Shown piece by piece: positions 1-12,306 of a DNA stretch of 64,000 nt. The notes under the pieces are model-generated. The model did not search any database. It was given only the letters and a program-made list of their open reading frames with translations, and was not told the origin of the DNA. The stretch is from NCBI GenBank assembly GCA_964016885.1, contig OZ024746.1, forward strand, positions 25,978,001-26,042,000, in the 5' to 3' direction. Made by a program: the position numbers and the translations under genes. Each line of letters opens with the position of its first letter. The stretch's first letter is position 1. The DNA comes from Eledone cirrhosa. Taxonomy: Eukaryota.

Positions 1-474
1 AAATATTTGTTCTTAATACTGGAAAATAATTAAGACTTAATAGCCCTACCTTTATTGACAATCAATATTCAGATGAGCTCTATTTGATCAGTAATGTATT
101 GGAAATAATACTAGTTCATAATTGGCTATAGTTTAAATTCTTTTATTAGTTTCAATCATAAGACTGTGACCACGCTGGAGCACCACCTTGAAACGATTTA
201 GTCAGTCATATTGGCTCCAGTAATTATTTTTTTCAAGTTTTAGTTACTACTTCAATCACTTTTTCTTGACCGGCTAAGTTATGGAACACAGGCACAAATG
301 TAATCACATGCATGCACAGCGCCATGTATGTATGTATGTATGTAAGTATGCATAAAAAAATGTCAATGGGATGGAAAAGATTCTCTATCTAGTGCAAAAG
401 AACTAATCTATTATGATTCATACCCGTAACATGTACTGTGCAATACATGTTACATATATGCATCATAATATATA

Positions 475-568
475 CAAGGTGTCCCAAAAATGTATACACA
501 CTTGATTACCTGTACAGGCAATATTCATTAGAATGCTGTTAAAGTGTGTATACATTTTGGGGGACACC

Positions 569-571
<3 letters not shown>
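475..571. mobile_element. Tc1/mariner-type MITE
   Basis: TIRs caaggtgtcccaaaaatgtatacacactt / aagtgtgtatacattttgggggacaccctg, with TA on both sides. Confidence 0.75.
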
Positions 572-604
<33 letters not shown>

Positions 605-1112
605 CTTAATGATGCAATGCACCACTAGGAATTGAAGCCCTAATCATCTTACAATCATGAGTTTAACACAATAACCACACACATCATCATCATCATCATC
701 ATCACTGTTTAACATCTTATATTCCATCCTTGCATGGGTCAGATGAGTCATCCTCGTTATGAGGCAAATCTGGCCAGTTGGGTGCACTGAACCTTGCTCA
801 AATGGAACTGCATTTTGGCTGGGGTTTTTTTTTTTACAGCTGGGTGCCCTTCCTAACACCAACCACTTTTACAGTGTGGTACTGGGCAGTCCCATTGTGG
901 AGGGTCTGGCCATGCCATACCTTGCTTAAACGGAACTGTATTTTGGCCATTTTTTTTACAGTTGGATGCCCTTCCTAACACCAACCACACTTACAATATA
1001 TGTATATATATATATATATAATGTGTGTGTGTGTACTCTAGTTTTCACTCTTGAATTTCTAATTTACATTGTACCTGCTTTCCTAAAACAATCCTAACCA
1101 CATATTTCACAC

Positions 1113-1233
<121 letters not shown>

Positions 1234-2090
1234 CCCTCATCATCATTTAACATCTGTTTTCCTTGCTATCAAGGGTTTGACAGGTCATCACAGACCAAGT
1301 CAGTACAATCAGAGTTTCTGATCTGGGACCTACTTCTCACTTACACACATCCCCACAGTCTATATGTTCTCTACTCTAGTTTTCACTCATGTACTAAACT
1401 TACACTTTACCAGCTTTACCAAAACACTCCTAACCATATATTTCACAATACTTCATATAAACTATATTACCCCCATTTTAATATGGTTATTGCATTCAAC
1501 TAACTTCTTCATATAACATTGAAATATAGAATAGAAAGTATCTTAGTAATTTCTGTTCCATATTATTGTGCTTATGCATTCAGTATTTATATGTGGAAAC
1601 ATTGTAATATTTTCCTTCAGAGAAGATAAAATATAACAGCTTTTAAATTAATAACATGTCTCTCTCTCTTTCAATAAGAACGGTTTTTATTTCTAGAAGA
1701 GAGAGAGGAAATAAAGCTTGAAGCATTATACAACTGGTATTCCTATTATTAATAAAAGATAGATGCAGTGTGAGAAAGCACAAAAACCACTAAAATAGAC
1801 TCTACAGAACATCTACATTAGTTCTTTATTGACTGTATTACCTCCGTTCTATTTTACAGAAATAAAATACACTAGCTGACCCTACGAAAACTCCATCATT
1901 CAGTTAGAAACAACCACTAAGTATTAGAGATCAATATGACATTCTAAATGTTTTGTTTATAAGTTATTATATGCGTATATATATATATTTTTTTTTGTGT
2001 GGAGTGGGGGAACAACAGGTACAAAAAGTTTTATTAGTTTCATACTTTATATGGAAAGGGGAAAGAAAGTATATATATATATATATATAT

Positions 2091-2290
2091 GTAGGAGGTG
2101 AGTTTTATTGTAGTACAATAAAGCAATGCAGATATCGGATAAGAAGCACTCTACAGTTTGTAGGACTGGAGTATACATAATATAAGATCAAAAGATGGTT
2201 AAAGGAGTTCCATATATTTTATTATGCGCATTGAAATGCGCATAATAAAATATATGGAACTCCTTTAACCATCTTTTGATCTTATATTAT
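2091..2290 (-). mobile_element. Penelope-like element 3' terminus with fold-back inversion, inserted in (TA)n
   Basis: Homologous to 22546-22690 and 3948-4012. Perfect 56-bp inverted arms at 2177-2232 and 2235-2290. Right arm starts in the hammerhead half gaaa-tgcgca-ta-ataaaata. Confidence 0.65.
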
Positions 2291-2624
2291 ATATATATAT
2301 ATATGAGAGATAGAGAAAGAGATAGGTATACATATTACATGTCTCTATACCCACTCTGCATCTCCTCATGTATTGAGTACTCCCATGATTTGTGGTCTCT
2401 TTGGTGCAGACTACACACACACGCACAAAAATATCATCTTGTATTAAAAAAAAAAATGTTTCACTGCTGCAGCCACCACCATCATCTGACTTTCTTTCTC
2501 TCTCCCACACACATTTCCTATCCTCTTCCCATAAGGATTTAGAACACTCACAGTACCTCTCTGAAAAGTGGTGATGAACAAATAAAGAGAACCCTTTGAT
2601 TCTGTTGAAAACTTAATCTCACTA

Positions 2625-2990
2625 TTGCTGGTGCCATAATAAAATACACCCAGTACATTCTAAAGTGGTAGTGGGTGTGCTATGATAAAATAAACCCAGT
2701 ATATTCTGTAAAGCGATAGTGCTAGTGCTATATAATAAAATACACTCGGTACACTCTGTAAAGTGGTTTTGTTGGTGATATAAAATACACCTATTACACT
2801 CTGTAAAGTGGTACTGCTTTTACCATGATAAAATACACCCAGTACACTTTGTAAATTGGTTAGCATTAGAAAAGGCATCTTGCTGTAGAAACCATGCCAA
2901 GATGCGGATCACTGACCTATCTAGTTACTGAACGTGACAACCTGTCCAACCCATGACAACATAGATAACAGATATAAAATGATGATAATC
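2625..2990 (+). repeat. Tandem ~43-bp array ending in an RTE-type 3' tail
   Basis: Repeated ataaaatacacccagtacactctgtaaagtggt units, then ...ccaacccatgac...aaaatgatgat tail. Confidence 0.7.
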
Positions 2991-3729
2991 ATAACACTAA
3001 AGTTGTGTTAGGAAGAGTATCCACTAGATAACAATAGAATCTTACCTTAGCAAATTCAATAATAACATTTTTATCCATTAGACATTAAACCAAATTTACA
3101 AAGAGATAGTATGAAGATGAAAATGCAGATTTTCATCTAAAATACAGATTTCTTAGATGATATATTTCAAAATTTATATTTCCATTGATAATACAAGTGA
3201 AATAATCTGATAATAGTTCTCTTTACAACTAATTAGCTGTGTATTAGTTTTCTGATTTTCTTCCTTTTTTGATAAAGAATTATTAGATCATTGTAATAAA
3301 GAGGTATCGTATATTTCAACCTAAGATATCATAGATAAGAACAGGATGAGGGCCTTGAGCATTGTGTAACATTTAAGCCATTGGAAAGATATGCTTGTTT
3401 ATTGACAGATGTGTAGTCTATATTATAATAACTGTATAACTGTTTTGTCAGTCTGTCACACAAGCACAACGTTTTGTGAAAAATGTTCTAAAGTTTAAAT
3501 TTAGAATCCATAGAACACAAAATGTAAGATAAAAAGAGGGAGAGATGTGTGGAAAATGTCCTAAAAATTCATACCAGAAATCAGCATTCGGTTAATGGTG
3601 TTCTCTCTCTCACACACACACACATCATCCTCATCATTTCATGTCTGCTTGCCATGTTGTCATGGGTTGGATGGGTCATGGTAATCACAGTCAGAAATCA
3701 ACATCTTGTTCATGTGTGTATGTATTATA

Positions 3730-3804
3730 CAGGGTGTGGCAAAAAATACCTCCCACATTTTAAGGGTTGACCATGTATAATATGGGAGGTTTTTCTGCCA
3801 CACC

Positions 3805-3807
<3 letters not shown>
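3730..3807. mobile_element. Tc1/mariner-type MITE
   Basis: cagggtgtggcaaaaaatacctccca / tgggaggtttttctgccacaccgtg imperfect TIRs after TA. Confidence 0.65.
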
Positions 3808-3859
<52 letters not shown>

Positions 3860-3872
3860 GATGCAATATCCA

Positions 3873-3947
<75 letters not shown>

Positions 3948-3953
<6 letters not shown>

Positions 3954-4012
3954 AGTGCTACTTATCCGATATTTGCATTGCTTTATTGTGCTACAATAAA
4001 ACTCACCTCCTA
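3948..4012 (+). mobile_element. Short PLE-type 3' terminal fragment in (TA)n
   Basis: Reverse complement of 2091-2151; aataaa near the end; flanked by TA runs. Confidence 0.6.
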
Positions 4013-4028
4013 CATATATATATATATA

Positions 4029-4290
4029 TCATCATCATCATCACCGTTTTACGTCCGTTCTTCCACGCTAGCATGGGTTAGACGGGTTGTCCTGTTGTGG
4101 GCAGTGTCTGGTCGGCTGACCATGCCTTGCTCATACAGGAACTGATTTGGCTTGATTTCTACAGCTGGATGCCCTTCCTAACACCAACCTCATTTACAGT
4201 GAGGGCTGGGTGCTTTTTCGTGGCGCCTACACGTCCACTTTACAGTGTGGGCTGGGTGCTTTTTTGTCGTGGCACCTCCACGACCACCTT
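4029..4290 (-). mobile_element. RTE family A 3' UTR fragment
   Basis: Near-identical to 12310-12525; (CAT)n tail. Confidence 0.85.
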
Positions 4291-4440
4291 GGATAAATTG
4301 GATGTTGCATATTCTGTCCTTAAAATAATGGGTTATGTACTAGTGTATGTGCATGTGTATATGTGTATATACATGTACATAACTCATATATAATGTACAT
4401 AATACATTTTACATAACTCATGTATGAATCATCATCATTT

Positions 4441-4771
4441 CATCATCATTTCATTTTACGTCCGCTTTTCCCTGCTTGCAAGGGTGGGACGGGAACTGAT
4501 TCTGGCTTGATTTCTACAGCTGGATGCCCTTCCTAACACCAACCTCATTTACAGTGAGTGCTGGGTGCTTTTTTGCCGTGGCACCTCCACGACCACTTTG
4601 CAGTGGAATGATAGGGACCCCAGTCCCTATCATCTCATTTCTACAGCTGAGTAAACTGGAGCAATGTGAAATAAAGTGTCTTGCTCAAGGAAACAACACA
4701 TCACCCGGTCTGAGAATTGAACTCACAACCTTTCGATTGCAAGGCCAATGCTCTAACCACTAAGCCATGTG
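4441..4771 (-). mobile_element. tRNA-derived SINE with CORE-like block and RTE-derived tail
   Basis: A box ggcttagtgg and B box gagttcaattc on minus strand; ccttgagcaagacacttt block; near-identical to 22150-22477 and 33506-33839. Confidence 0.85.
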
Positions 4772-4945
4772 TAAGTATATATATATGATGTTACTAGTTA
4801 AGAACAGTGAGACCATTGTTTAGCTTAGTACAATATACTTAACAAAGTAGAGTAAATATTATACTGATTTTCTACCTTACAGCTACCCCCTTGTTGTCGA
4901 AATTGTAAGAGCTCAACTGTAGGGCAGAAAATCATTATAATATAC

Positions 4946-6027
4946 ATATATATCTAAAACAATGAGTTATGTACTAGTATGTATTTATTTGTGTGTGTAT
5001 CAATGCATATATGGCTATAGCTAAAACAAGCTAAGGAACTAAAATGAGTGGTGATCAATGAAAAGTAACTAACTTGATTAAAATGACTTAAGTTATTGTC
5101 AACAGATGCCTATCTTACACAGGTATATACTGAAATATCCAGTAATCTCTTAAATACAACAGTAAATAATATTACTGAGTTCAGTACAGCTGTTATTACT
5201 TCAGCTTTGATATTTCTATCTTTCAGTTTTATCTCATTATTTCTGGCTATAATACGTTGTTGTTGTTACCTATGAAGGTTTAGATACCCCCCCAGCCCAT
5301 GAAGTTGCATTACGTAGGAGGTTTCATAGGTGTTCTAATAATAGAAGCCCTTGTCTATATATTTATATAACAAAAGACCAGAAAGAAGAAGAGGCACAAA
5401 AGAGAACAGATAGTCATTGAAGAGGTCACAGGTAAAAAAAGATAAAGTGAAAATCATATGGTGTGAGTTTCTTTTTATTGGCAATACTGGCAACATGTCC
5501 ATCCCCAAATATAACAATATATATATATATATAAAAAAAGTTTGTCCTTCATCAGTGATCTTCCAACTATCAGAGGCATTTCATCGCTTTAAAGACCATA
5601 TACCTCCGGTTGGTGCGAGCAACGGCTTAAAAAAGTCGTTGGGACACGTAAATAAAGGGGACACACTTCATGGGCTGAGGGGGCATCCAAACCTTCATAG
5701 GTAACAACAACAACGTGTTATAGCCAGAAATAATGAGATAAAACTGAAAGATAGAAATATCAAAGCTGAAGTAATAACAGCTGTACTGAACTCAGTAATA
5801 TTATTTACTGTTGCATTTAAGAGATTACTGGATATTTACCTGTGTAAGATAGGCATCAGTTGACATAATAACTTAAGTCATTTTAATCAAGTTAGTTACT
5901 TTTTTATTGTTCTTTTCATTGATCACCACTCATTTTAGTTCCTTAGCTTGTTTTAGCTATAGCCATATATGCATTGATACACACACAAATAAATACTAGT
6001 ACATAACTCATTGTTTTAGATATATAT
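4946..6027. repeat. ~360-bp inverted duplication (4946-5305 / 5665-6027)
   Basis: Arms are reverse complements with a few indels. Confidence 0.9.
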
Positions 6028-6900
6028 CACGATTTCACCGAACTTAAATTCATAGAAATCTGGGACTTGTCTCCTTCTTCCTCACTTTCTGTTGCCTCAC
6101 CATTTTGTTTGTTTACCCTCGTGTCCCCTTTATTTACGTGTCCCAACGACTTTTTTTAGCCGTTGCTCGCACCAACCGGAGGTATATGGTCTTTAAAGCG
6201 ATGAAATGCCTATGATAGTTGGAAGATCACTGATGAAGGACAAACTTTTTTCATATGTAACCCATTTGCAACTCCGCAGCGCCCTTATTATCATATTTAC
6301 ACATATTTTTTTCCTCTGCTGCTATCCGTCTTTTTAGTTCTATGTATCTTTACCCTTTCTAGCAGTCTCTCTCTCTGTTAGCCTCTTCCTCACCCTTCAC
6401 TCACTCATTCTCTGTCACTACCTCTCCTCCTCCTCTTTCTTCCCGTTTGACCTGTGAGTAATTCTTTTCTCTCACATTCTCGGCCAAGCTGGTCGGAATT
6501 TTTTCTCTCTCGTCTACGATTTCACAGAACTTATGTTTACCGAATTCGCAGACCAGACCCCTTCTTCCTCCCGTTAAACCTGTGCGAAATTCCTTCCTTG
6601 CTCACATTTCAACCAGGTTTGATGGTCTTTATTCTCTCGTTCACGATTTCACCGAACTTAAATTCATAGAAATCTGGGACTTGTCTCCTTCTTCCTCACT
6701 TTCTGTTGCCTCACCATTTTGTTTGTTTACCCTCGTGTCCCCTTTATTTACGTGTCCCAACGACTTTTTTTAGCCGTTGCTCGCACCAACCGGAGGTATA
6801 TGGTCTTTAAAGCGATGAAATGCCTATGATAGTTGGAAGATCACTGATGAAGGACAAACTTTTTTCATATGCAACCCATTTGCAACTCCGCAGTGCCCTT

Positions 6901-6905
<5 letters not shown>
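6028..6905 (+). mobile_element. Non-coding element with ~260-bp direct terminal repeats (pseudo-LTR-like, probably PLE)
   Basis: 6028-6288 matches 6642-6902; partial inverted copy at 5533-5664; ends in (TA)n; no TG..CA termini seen. Confidence 0.55.
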
Positions 6906-6934
<29 letters not shown>

Positions 6935-7105
6935 TGTGTATATCAGCTGAGTGTATCTGGCTTAGAAGAGGTACACCTTATTTCTCTGTGTTATAAGAAA
7001 TTATTAAAAGGGTTGTTGTCAAGAACAGTATCCAGTTATAAAACATTGCTTCAAAAACTCTGAACTAACCCATGCCAGCATGGAAAAGTTAATGTAAAAA
7101 CGATG

Positions 7106-7146
<41 letters not shown>

Positions 7147-7451
7147 CACAGATATCAAAATACCAAAATCCAGAGAGGACTCGTTAAATATATATGCATA
7201 TATAATAACAGTAGAGCAAATATTCATTATTTGAATAGATTATAAGTTTTTGTACAGAATCTCTGCTTTCACACTATCCAGGGATTCTCAGAAACTGAGA
7301 TATTCTAAAATCTAGGGACACAGATATAAACATTTATAAATATTTCAAAATATTCCAAGCAAATATCATATTCAAACTTGCCCATTATTGGTTTATTTAC
7401 ATTTCTAGTCAATTGTTAAAATTTTTATCTAGGCAGTTAAAAGTTGACCAG

Positions 7452-7706
7452 GTCTCTTAGGTGTAACAGTTAACACAGCTGTCTGGTAACATGCCAAATG
7501 TTTGGGTTTTATTCCAGGTGTCTTTAGTGTAGCAGTTATCACAGCTGACTGGTGACATAGCAGATGTTGGGTTTAATTCCTGGTGTCTTTGGTGTAACTT
7601 AACACAGCTGTCTGGTGACACAGCAAATGTGGTATTTGATTCCTGGTTTCTTTGGTGCAATAGTTAACACAGTTGTCTGATGACACTGCAAATGTGGTGT
7701 TTGATT
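7452..7706. repeat. ~62-bp minisatellite, about 4 diverged units
   Basis: Recurring gttaacacagctgtctggtgacacagcaaatgt. Confidence 0.85.
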
Positions 7707-8809
7707 GCTGCAAGCATCTCTGTCCCCATGTCTAAAACTAAGATGTACTGTTTCAAAGGTGCTGGATGCTTTTCCATTGATGGCATTGTTTCTAATTTGT
7801 AGCCACCTTTGATATTTTCATTCTCAAAGTATTTCCTTCAGTAACCATGTTAGTATACTACATTAATATTTCTTATTCTTCTTATACCTAGCTTTTCTCT
7901 CAGCTCAGCTATGCTTTGTCATTCATGTACATCCATCAGAACATACTCATTTCATTTCTCTCCAGCATTCACATACCATCTGCATTCACTGTAATATCAC
8001 ACATTGCACACTGGTATTATACAGCCAACCTTTTGTGCTAGATATAGTGTCTTAAACTTAGTTATATGTCTGTCCATGTCTCCGTTTACATTTACTGTTT
8101 CCTTATGTCTTGTCACTTAGCAGTTTGACAAAAGGAGTTCCATAAAATAAGTGCTAGACATGAAAAATAAAAATAAGTACTGAAGTTGATATGAGCTATT
8201 AAATTCCTTTAAAGCAGAGAACCAGCATGGCTAAAGTCTAATGACTGAAACAAACAAAAGAATAGAAGAATATCACTAAAAATAGTTGGATAGGAAAGAA
8301 ATATGTCTGTGGAACCAGTTAGACAAAACCATGTGAAATATAGTTGATTTAAATGACATAATCAATCTGTTATCTTTGTAATTAATCTTGATAAATTATG
8401 TTGTGTTAATTGAGGTTAGACAACATTAGTGTACTAGACAACATAACATATTTCCAGAAATACATACATACTTACATAAAAACATATATGTATATATATA
8501 TATACACACATATGTATACATATATAATTCATACATTATGTCTTAAAAATTATTGTCTATATTAAGAGATGAGTCATTCTGTGGCAGGTATACATTGACA
8601 GGTAACTTAATAATTGGTGGAAATGTCTTCACATTTATTATTATTACTATATATATATATATATTAGAGGAAGGGAGAGATACCTTATTAAAAAAAACTG
8701 ACTTATGTAAACATTGGATTACTGTAGTTCACCAAAGAAGACAAAGTGCTGTACCGGTTTATGACCATGTTGTAGACTAAGATACAAACCCGTTTCATCC
8801 TTGTATCCC

Positions 8810-9445
8810 CATCATTGTTTTATATCTGTTTTCTATGCTGGCATGGGTTGGATGAGTTGTTGTGGTCTTACTCTAAACAGGACGGATAGTTATCTCGCGC
8901 ATACATTCTTTATTTTGGCTTGGTTTCAAAATTTGGATACTCTTCCTAATGCTAACCACTTTACAGATTGGACTGTGTGTATATTATCATAACACAAACA
9001 CTCCCACTTTACAAATCGGACTGGGTGTATTTTATCAAAACACAAACACTCCCACTTTGCAGACTGGACTGGGTGTATTTTATCATAACACAAGCACTCT
9101 CACTTTACAGAGTGTATTGAGTGTATTTTATCATGGTATCAGTACTACCACTTTACATAGCATAAAAGGTGTGTTTTATTGTGGTATCAGCACTACCACT
9201 TTAAAGTGTGCTGAGTACATTTTATCATGGCACCACCACTACTGCTTTAGAGTGAATTTGGTGTATTTTATTGTGGTACCAACACTCTTACTGTACAGAG
9301 TATACTGGGTGTATTTTATTATGGTATAAGCACTCCCACGTTACAGAGTGTATTGGGTATATTTTATTGTGGTACCAGCACTTTTACTTTACAGAGTGTA
9401 CTGAGTGTATTTTATCAAGAGACTAGCATTACCACTCTACCGTGT
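8810..9445 (-). repeat. RTE-type tail followed by ~11 tandem ~43-bp units
   Basis: ccactttacagagtgtactgggtgtattttat units; same unit as 2625-2880 in opposite orientation. Confidence 0.8.
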
Positions 9446-10501
9446 GTACTAGTTGAAATATAATAATCAGATTAAATGCCCAAGTAATTGATCAGGCTCA
9501 GTACACTCAGCTGTTGAAATCTTGCCTCTGTCAACTTTTGGAAGTTAATAAAATACCAGTCCAAGGGTGCTGGATTGGATACACTTTGCAACATCTGTTC
9601 CAGGTTTCTGCATTCCAAGAAGTTCGAATCCCACCTACTGTCACTGGCAAAGCTGTGACACATTTGCCAAGAATTACAACCTGCAGACAGTTATACTCCT
9701 TCCCCAGCAGGCTGGATTCTCATGGGAAATAATTGGCCTAAAAACAGGATCACGAACATTCTCAAATACCAATTGAAATATGTTCATGACGTTTTGTACT
9801 CTGCTGTAAGCGGAAATAACGATTAGATAGAATTTGATAGTCTATTTAAATGGTCACCCATTTAAATTTCTTTCGCATTTTAACTTTATCTAATTTTTCT
9901 GCTATTTCAACCCTTTTACTACTATATTTCTAAAGAAATACACTAATTTAGTTATATTCTTAAATCCCTCTAAATATTGATTCTTTTCAAAATTATTTGG
10001 AAATCATAGGCACTGTCTATCATTAGAAATATGATAATAAAAATGTTAAACATGTTTTCCTAATCTAACAACCAGAATAAGTAATTCTCTTCTCTGAAAT
10101 GGATTTATCATGTATTAAACTTTGATTTGGTTCACACACATACACAAAGACATGGAATGCACACAGACAGGCACATCCATACACAAACATACACCTGAAA
10201 ACAAACCCAATAGACATAAACATATAGTTACACATCTGAGTAGCAACAAACTTAGTGCAGCCAGTAAATTTCATATTTTGCAGCTATTTAGAGCAGATGA
10301 TGCCATTATGAAGGGAAACCATATATGTATGTTCATAAAATACGGATATGGTAGTGCTACAAATAAATGCATCCAATGGTGACAATGATGATGATGATGA
10401 TGACGACAATACAGTCAGAGACCTTGAATAAACATTTGAAATAGTTTGACATTTACAGCTTTTCCTTGTTCTTTGATAAAATGAAACTGAAATATGTCCT
10501 T

Positions 10502-11875
10502 GTAGATTAGCCACACTTCTCCATAACATAGTAGTAGTGGTGGTGGTAGTAGTAGTGGTGGTAGTAGTAGTGGTGGTGGTTGTAGTGGTGGGGGTGGTAG
10601 TAGTAGAAGTAGTAATGATTGTGGTGGTGGTAATAGTAGATTAGCCACACTTCTCCACGACATAGTAACTATATAGTTTGGTGGTGGTGGTTGTTGTGAT
10701 GGTAGTAGTAATGGTGGGTGTGATTATTATGGTGTGGGTGATTGCGGTGGTGGTATTGATAATAGTAGATTAACCACACTTCTCCATGAGAGTAACTACT
10801 TAGTAGTAGTAGTAGTGGTTGTGGTGGTAGTAGTGGCTGTGGTGGTAGTAGTAGTAGTGGCAGTAATAGTAGTGTTGGTAGTAGTAGTAGTGGTGGCAAT
10901 GGTTGTAGTAGTAGATTAGCGACACTTCTCCATGACATAGTAACTACTTAGTAGTAGAAGTGGTGGAATTGGTGGCAGTGTAATAGTAGTAGTACTGGCA
11001 GTAGAAATGATGTTAATAGTAGAAATGATGTTAATAGTAGAAATGATGTTAATAGTAGAAATGGTGTTAATAGTAGAAATGATGTTAATAGTAGAAATGA
11101 TGTTAATAGTAGAAATGATGTTAATAGTAGAAATGATGTTAATAGTAGAAATGATGTTAATAGTAGAAATGGTGTTAATAGTAGAAATGGTGTTAATAGT
11201 AGAAATGATGTTAATAGTAGAAATGATGTTAATAGTAGAAATGATGTTAATAGTAGAAATGATGTTAATAGTAGAAATGGTGTTAATAGTAGAAATGGTG
11301 TTAATAGTAGAAATGATGTTAATAGTAGAAATGATGTTAATAGTAGAAATGGTGTTAATAGTAGAAATGGTGTTAATAGTAGAAATGATGTTAATAGTAG
11401 AAATGGTGTTAATAGTAGAAATGGTGTTAATAGTAGAAATGATGTTAATAGTAGAAATGATGTTAATAGTAGAAATGATGTTAATAGTAGAAATGGTGTT
11501 AATAGTAGAAATGATGTTAATAGTAGAAATGATGTTAATAGTAGAAATGGTGTTAATAGTAGAAATGATGTTAATAGTAGAAATGATGTTAATAGTAGAA
11601 ATGGTGTTAATAGTAGAAATGATGTTAATAGTAGAAATGATGTTAATAGTAGAAATGATGTTAATAGTAGAAATGGTGTTAATAGTAGAAATGATGTTAA
11701 TAGTAGAAATGGTGTTAATAGTAGAAATGATGTTAATAGTAGAAATGGTGTTAATAGTAGAAATGATGTTAATAGTAGAAATGGTGTTAATAGTAGAAAT
11801 GGTGTTAATAGTAGTAATGGTGTTAGTAGTTGTGGTGGTAGTAGATTAGCCATATCTTCCATGACACAATAACAG
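10502..11875. repeat. Compound satellite: five ~33-bp anchors separated by GTA/GTG-rich spacers
   Basis: gtagattagccacacttctccatgacatagtaa-like anchors at 10502, 10636, 10765, 10911, 11841. Confidence 0.85.
11000..11820. repeat. 18-bp minisatellite (gtagaaatgRtgttaata), ~45 copies
   Basis: Two variants differing by one A/G; accounts for ORFs 10948-11862 and 11007-11849. Confidence 0.97.
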
Positions 11876-12306
11876 TTTAATATATTTCTTTCCTAGTTCC
11901 TCATTCATAGATGACATCACACTGTATAAAGGTCATTCTCATTGGAAATATAGAAGGGGTACACCATAGCTTCTATATATATATACATATATATATGCTA
12001 GCGTGGAAGAACGGACGTAAAACGGTGATGATGATGATATATATATATATATCTCATCATCATCACCGTTTTACGTGGGGGTGGTAGTAGTAGAAGTAGT
12101 GATGATTGTGGTGGTGGTCATAGTAGATTAGCCACACTTCTCCACGACATAGTAATATATATATATATCATCATCACCGTTTTACGTCCGTTCTTCCACG
12201 CTAGCATATATATATATGTATATATATAGAAGCTATGGTGTACCCCTTCTATATTTCCAATGAGAATGACCTTTATACAGTGTGATGATATATATATATA
12301 TATATC

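Noticed and set aside
6195-6290. Hammerhead around CTGATGA at 6230 (and 6844)
   Set aside because: No GAAA correctly placed after a stem II; neither type I nor type II topology folds
6028-6905. LTR retrotransposon/TRIM
   Set aside because: No TG..CA ends, PBS, PPT or 4-6 bp TSD visible
10948-11862. 304-aa and 280-aa ORFs on both strands
   Set aside because: Produced by a stop-free 18-bp unit; no unique coding sequence
10502-11875. CRISPR array
   Set aside because: Eukaryotic context, no cas genes, and spacers are long simple repeats of unequal length
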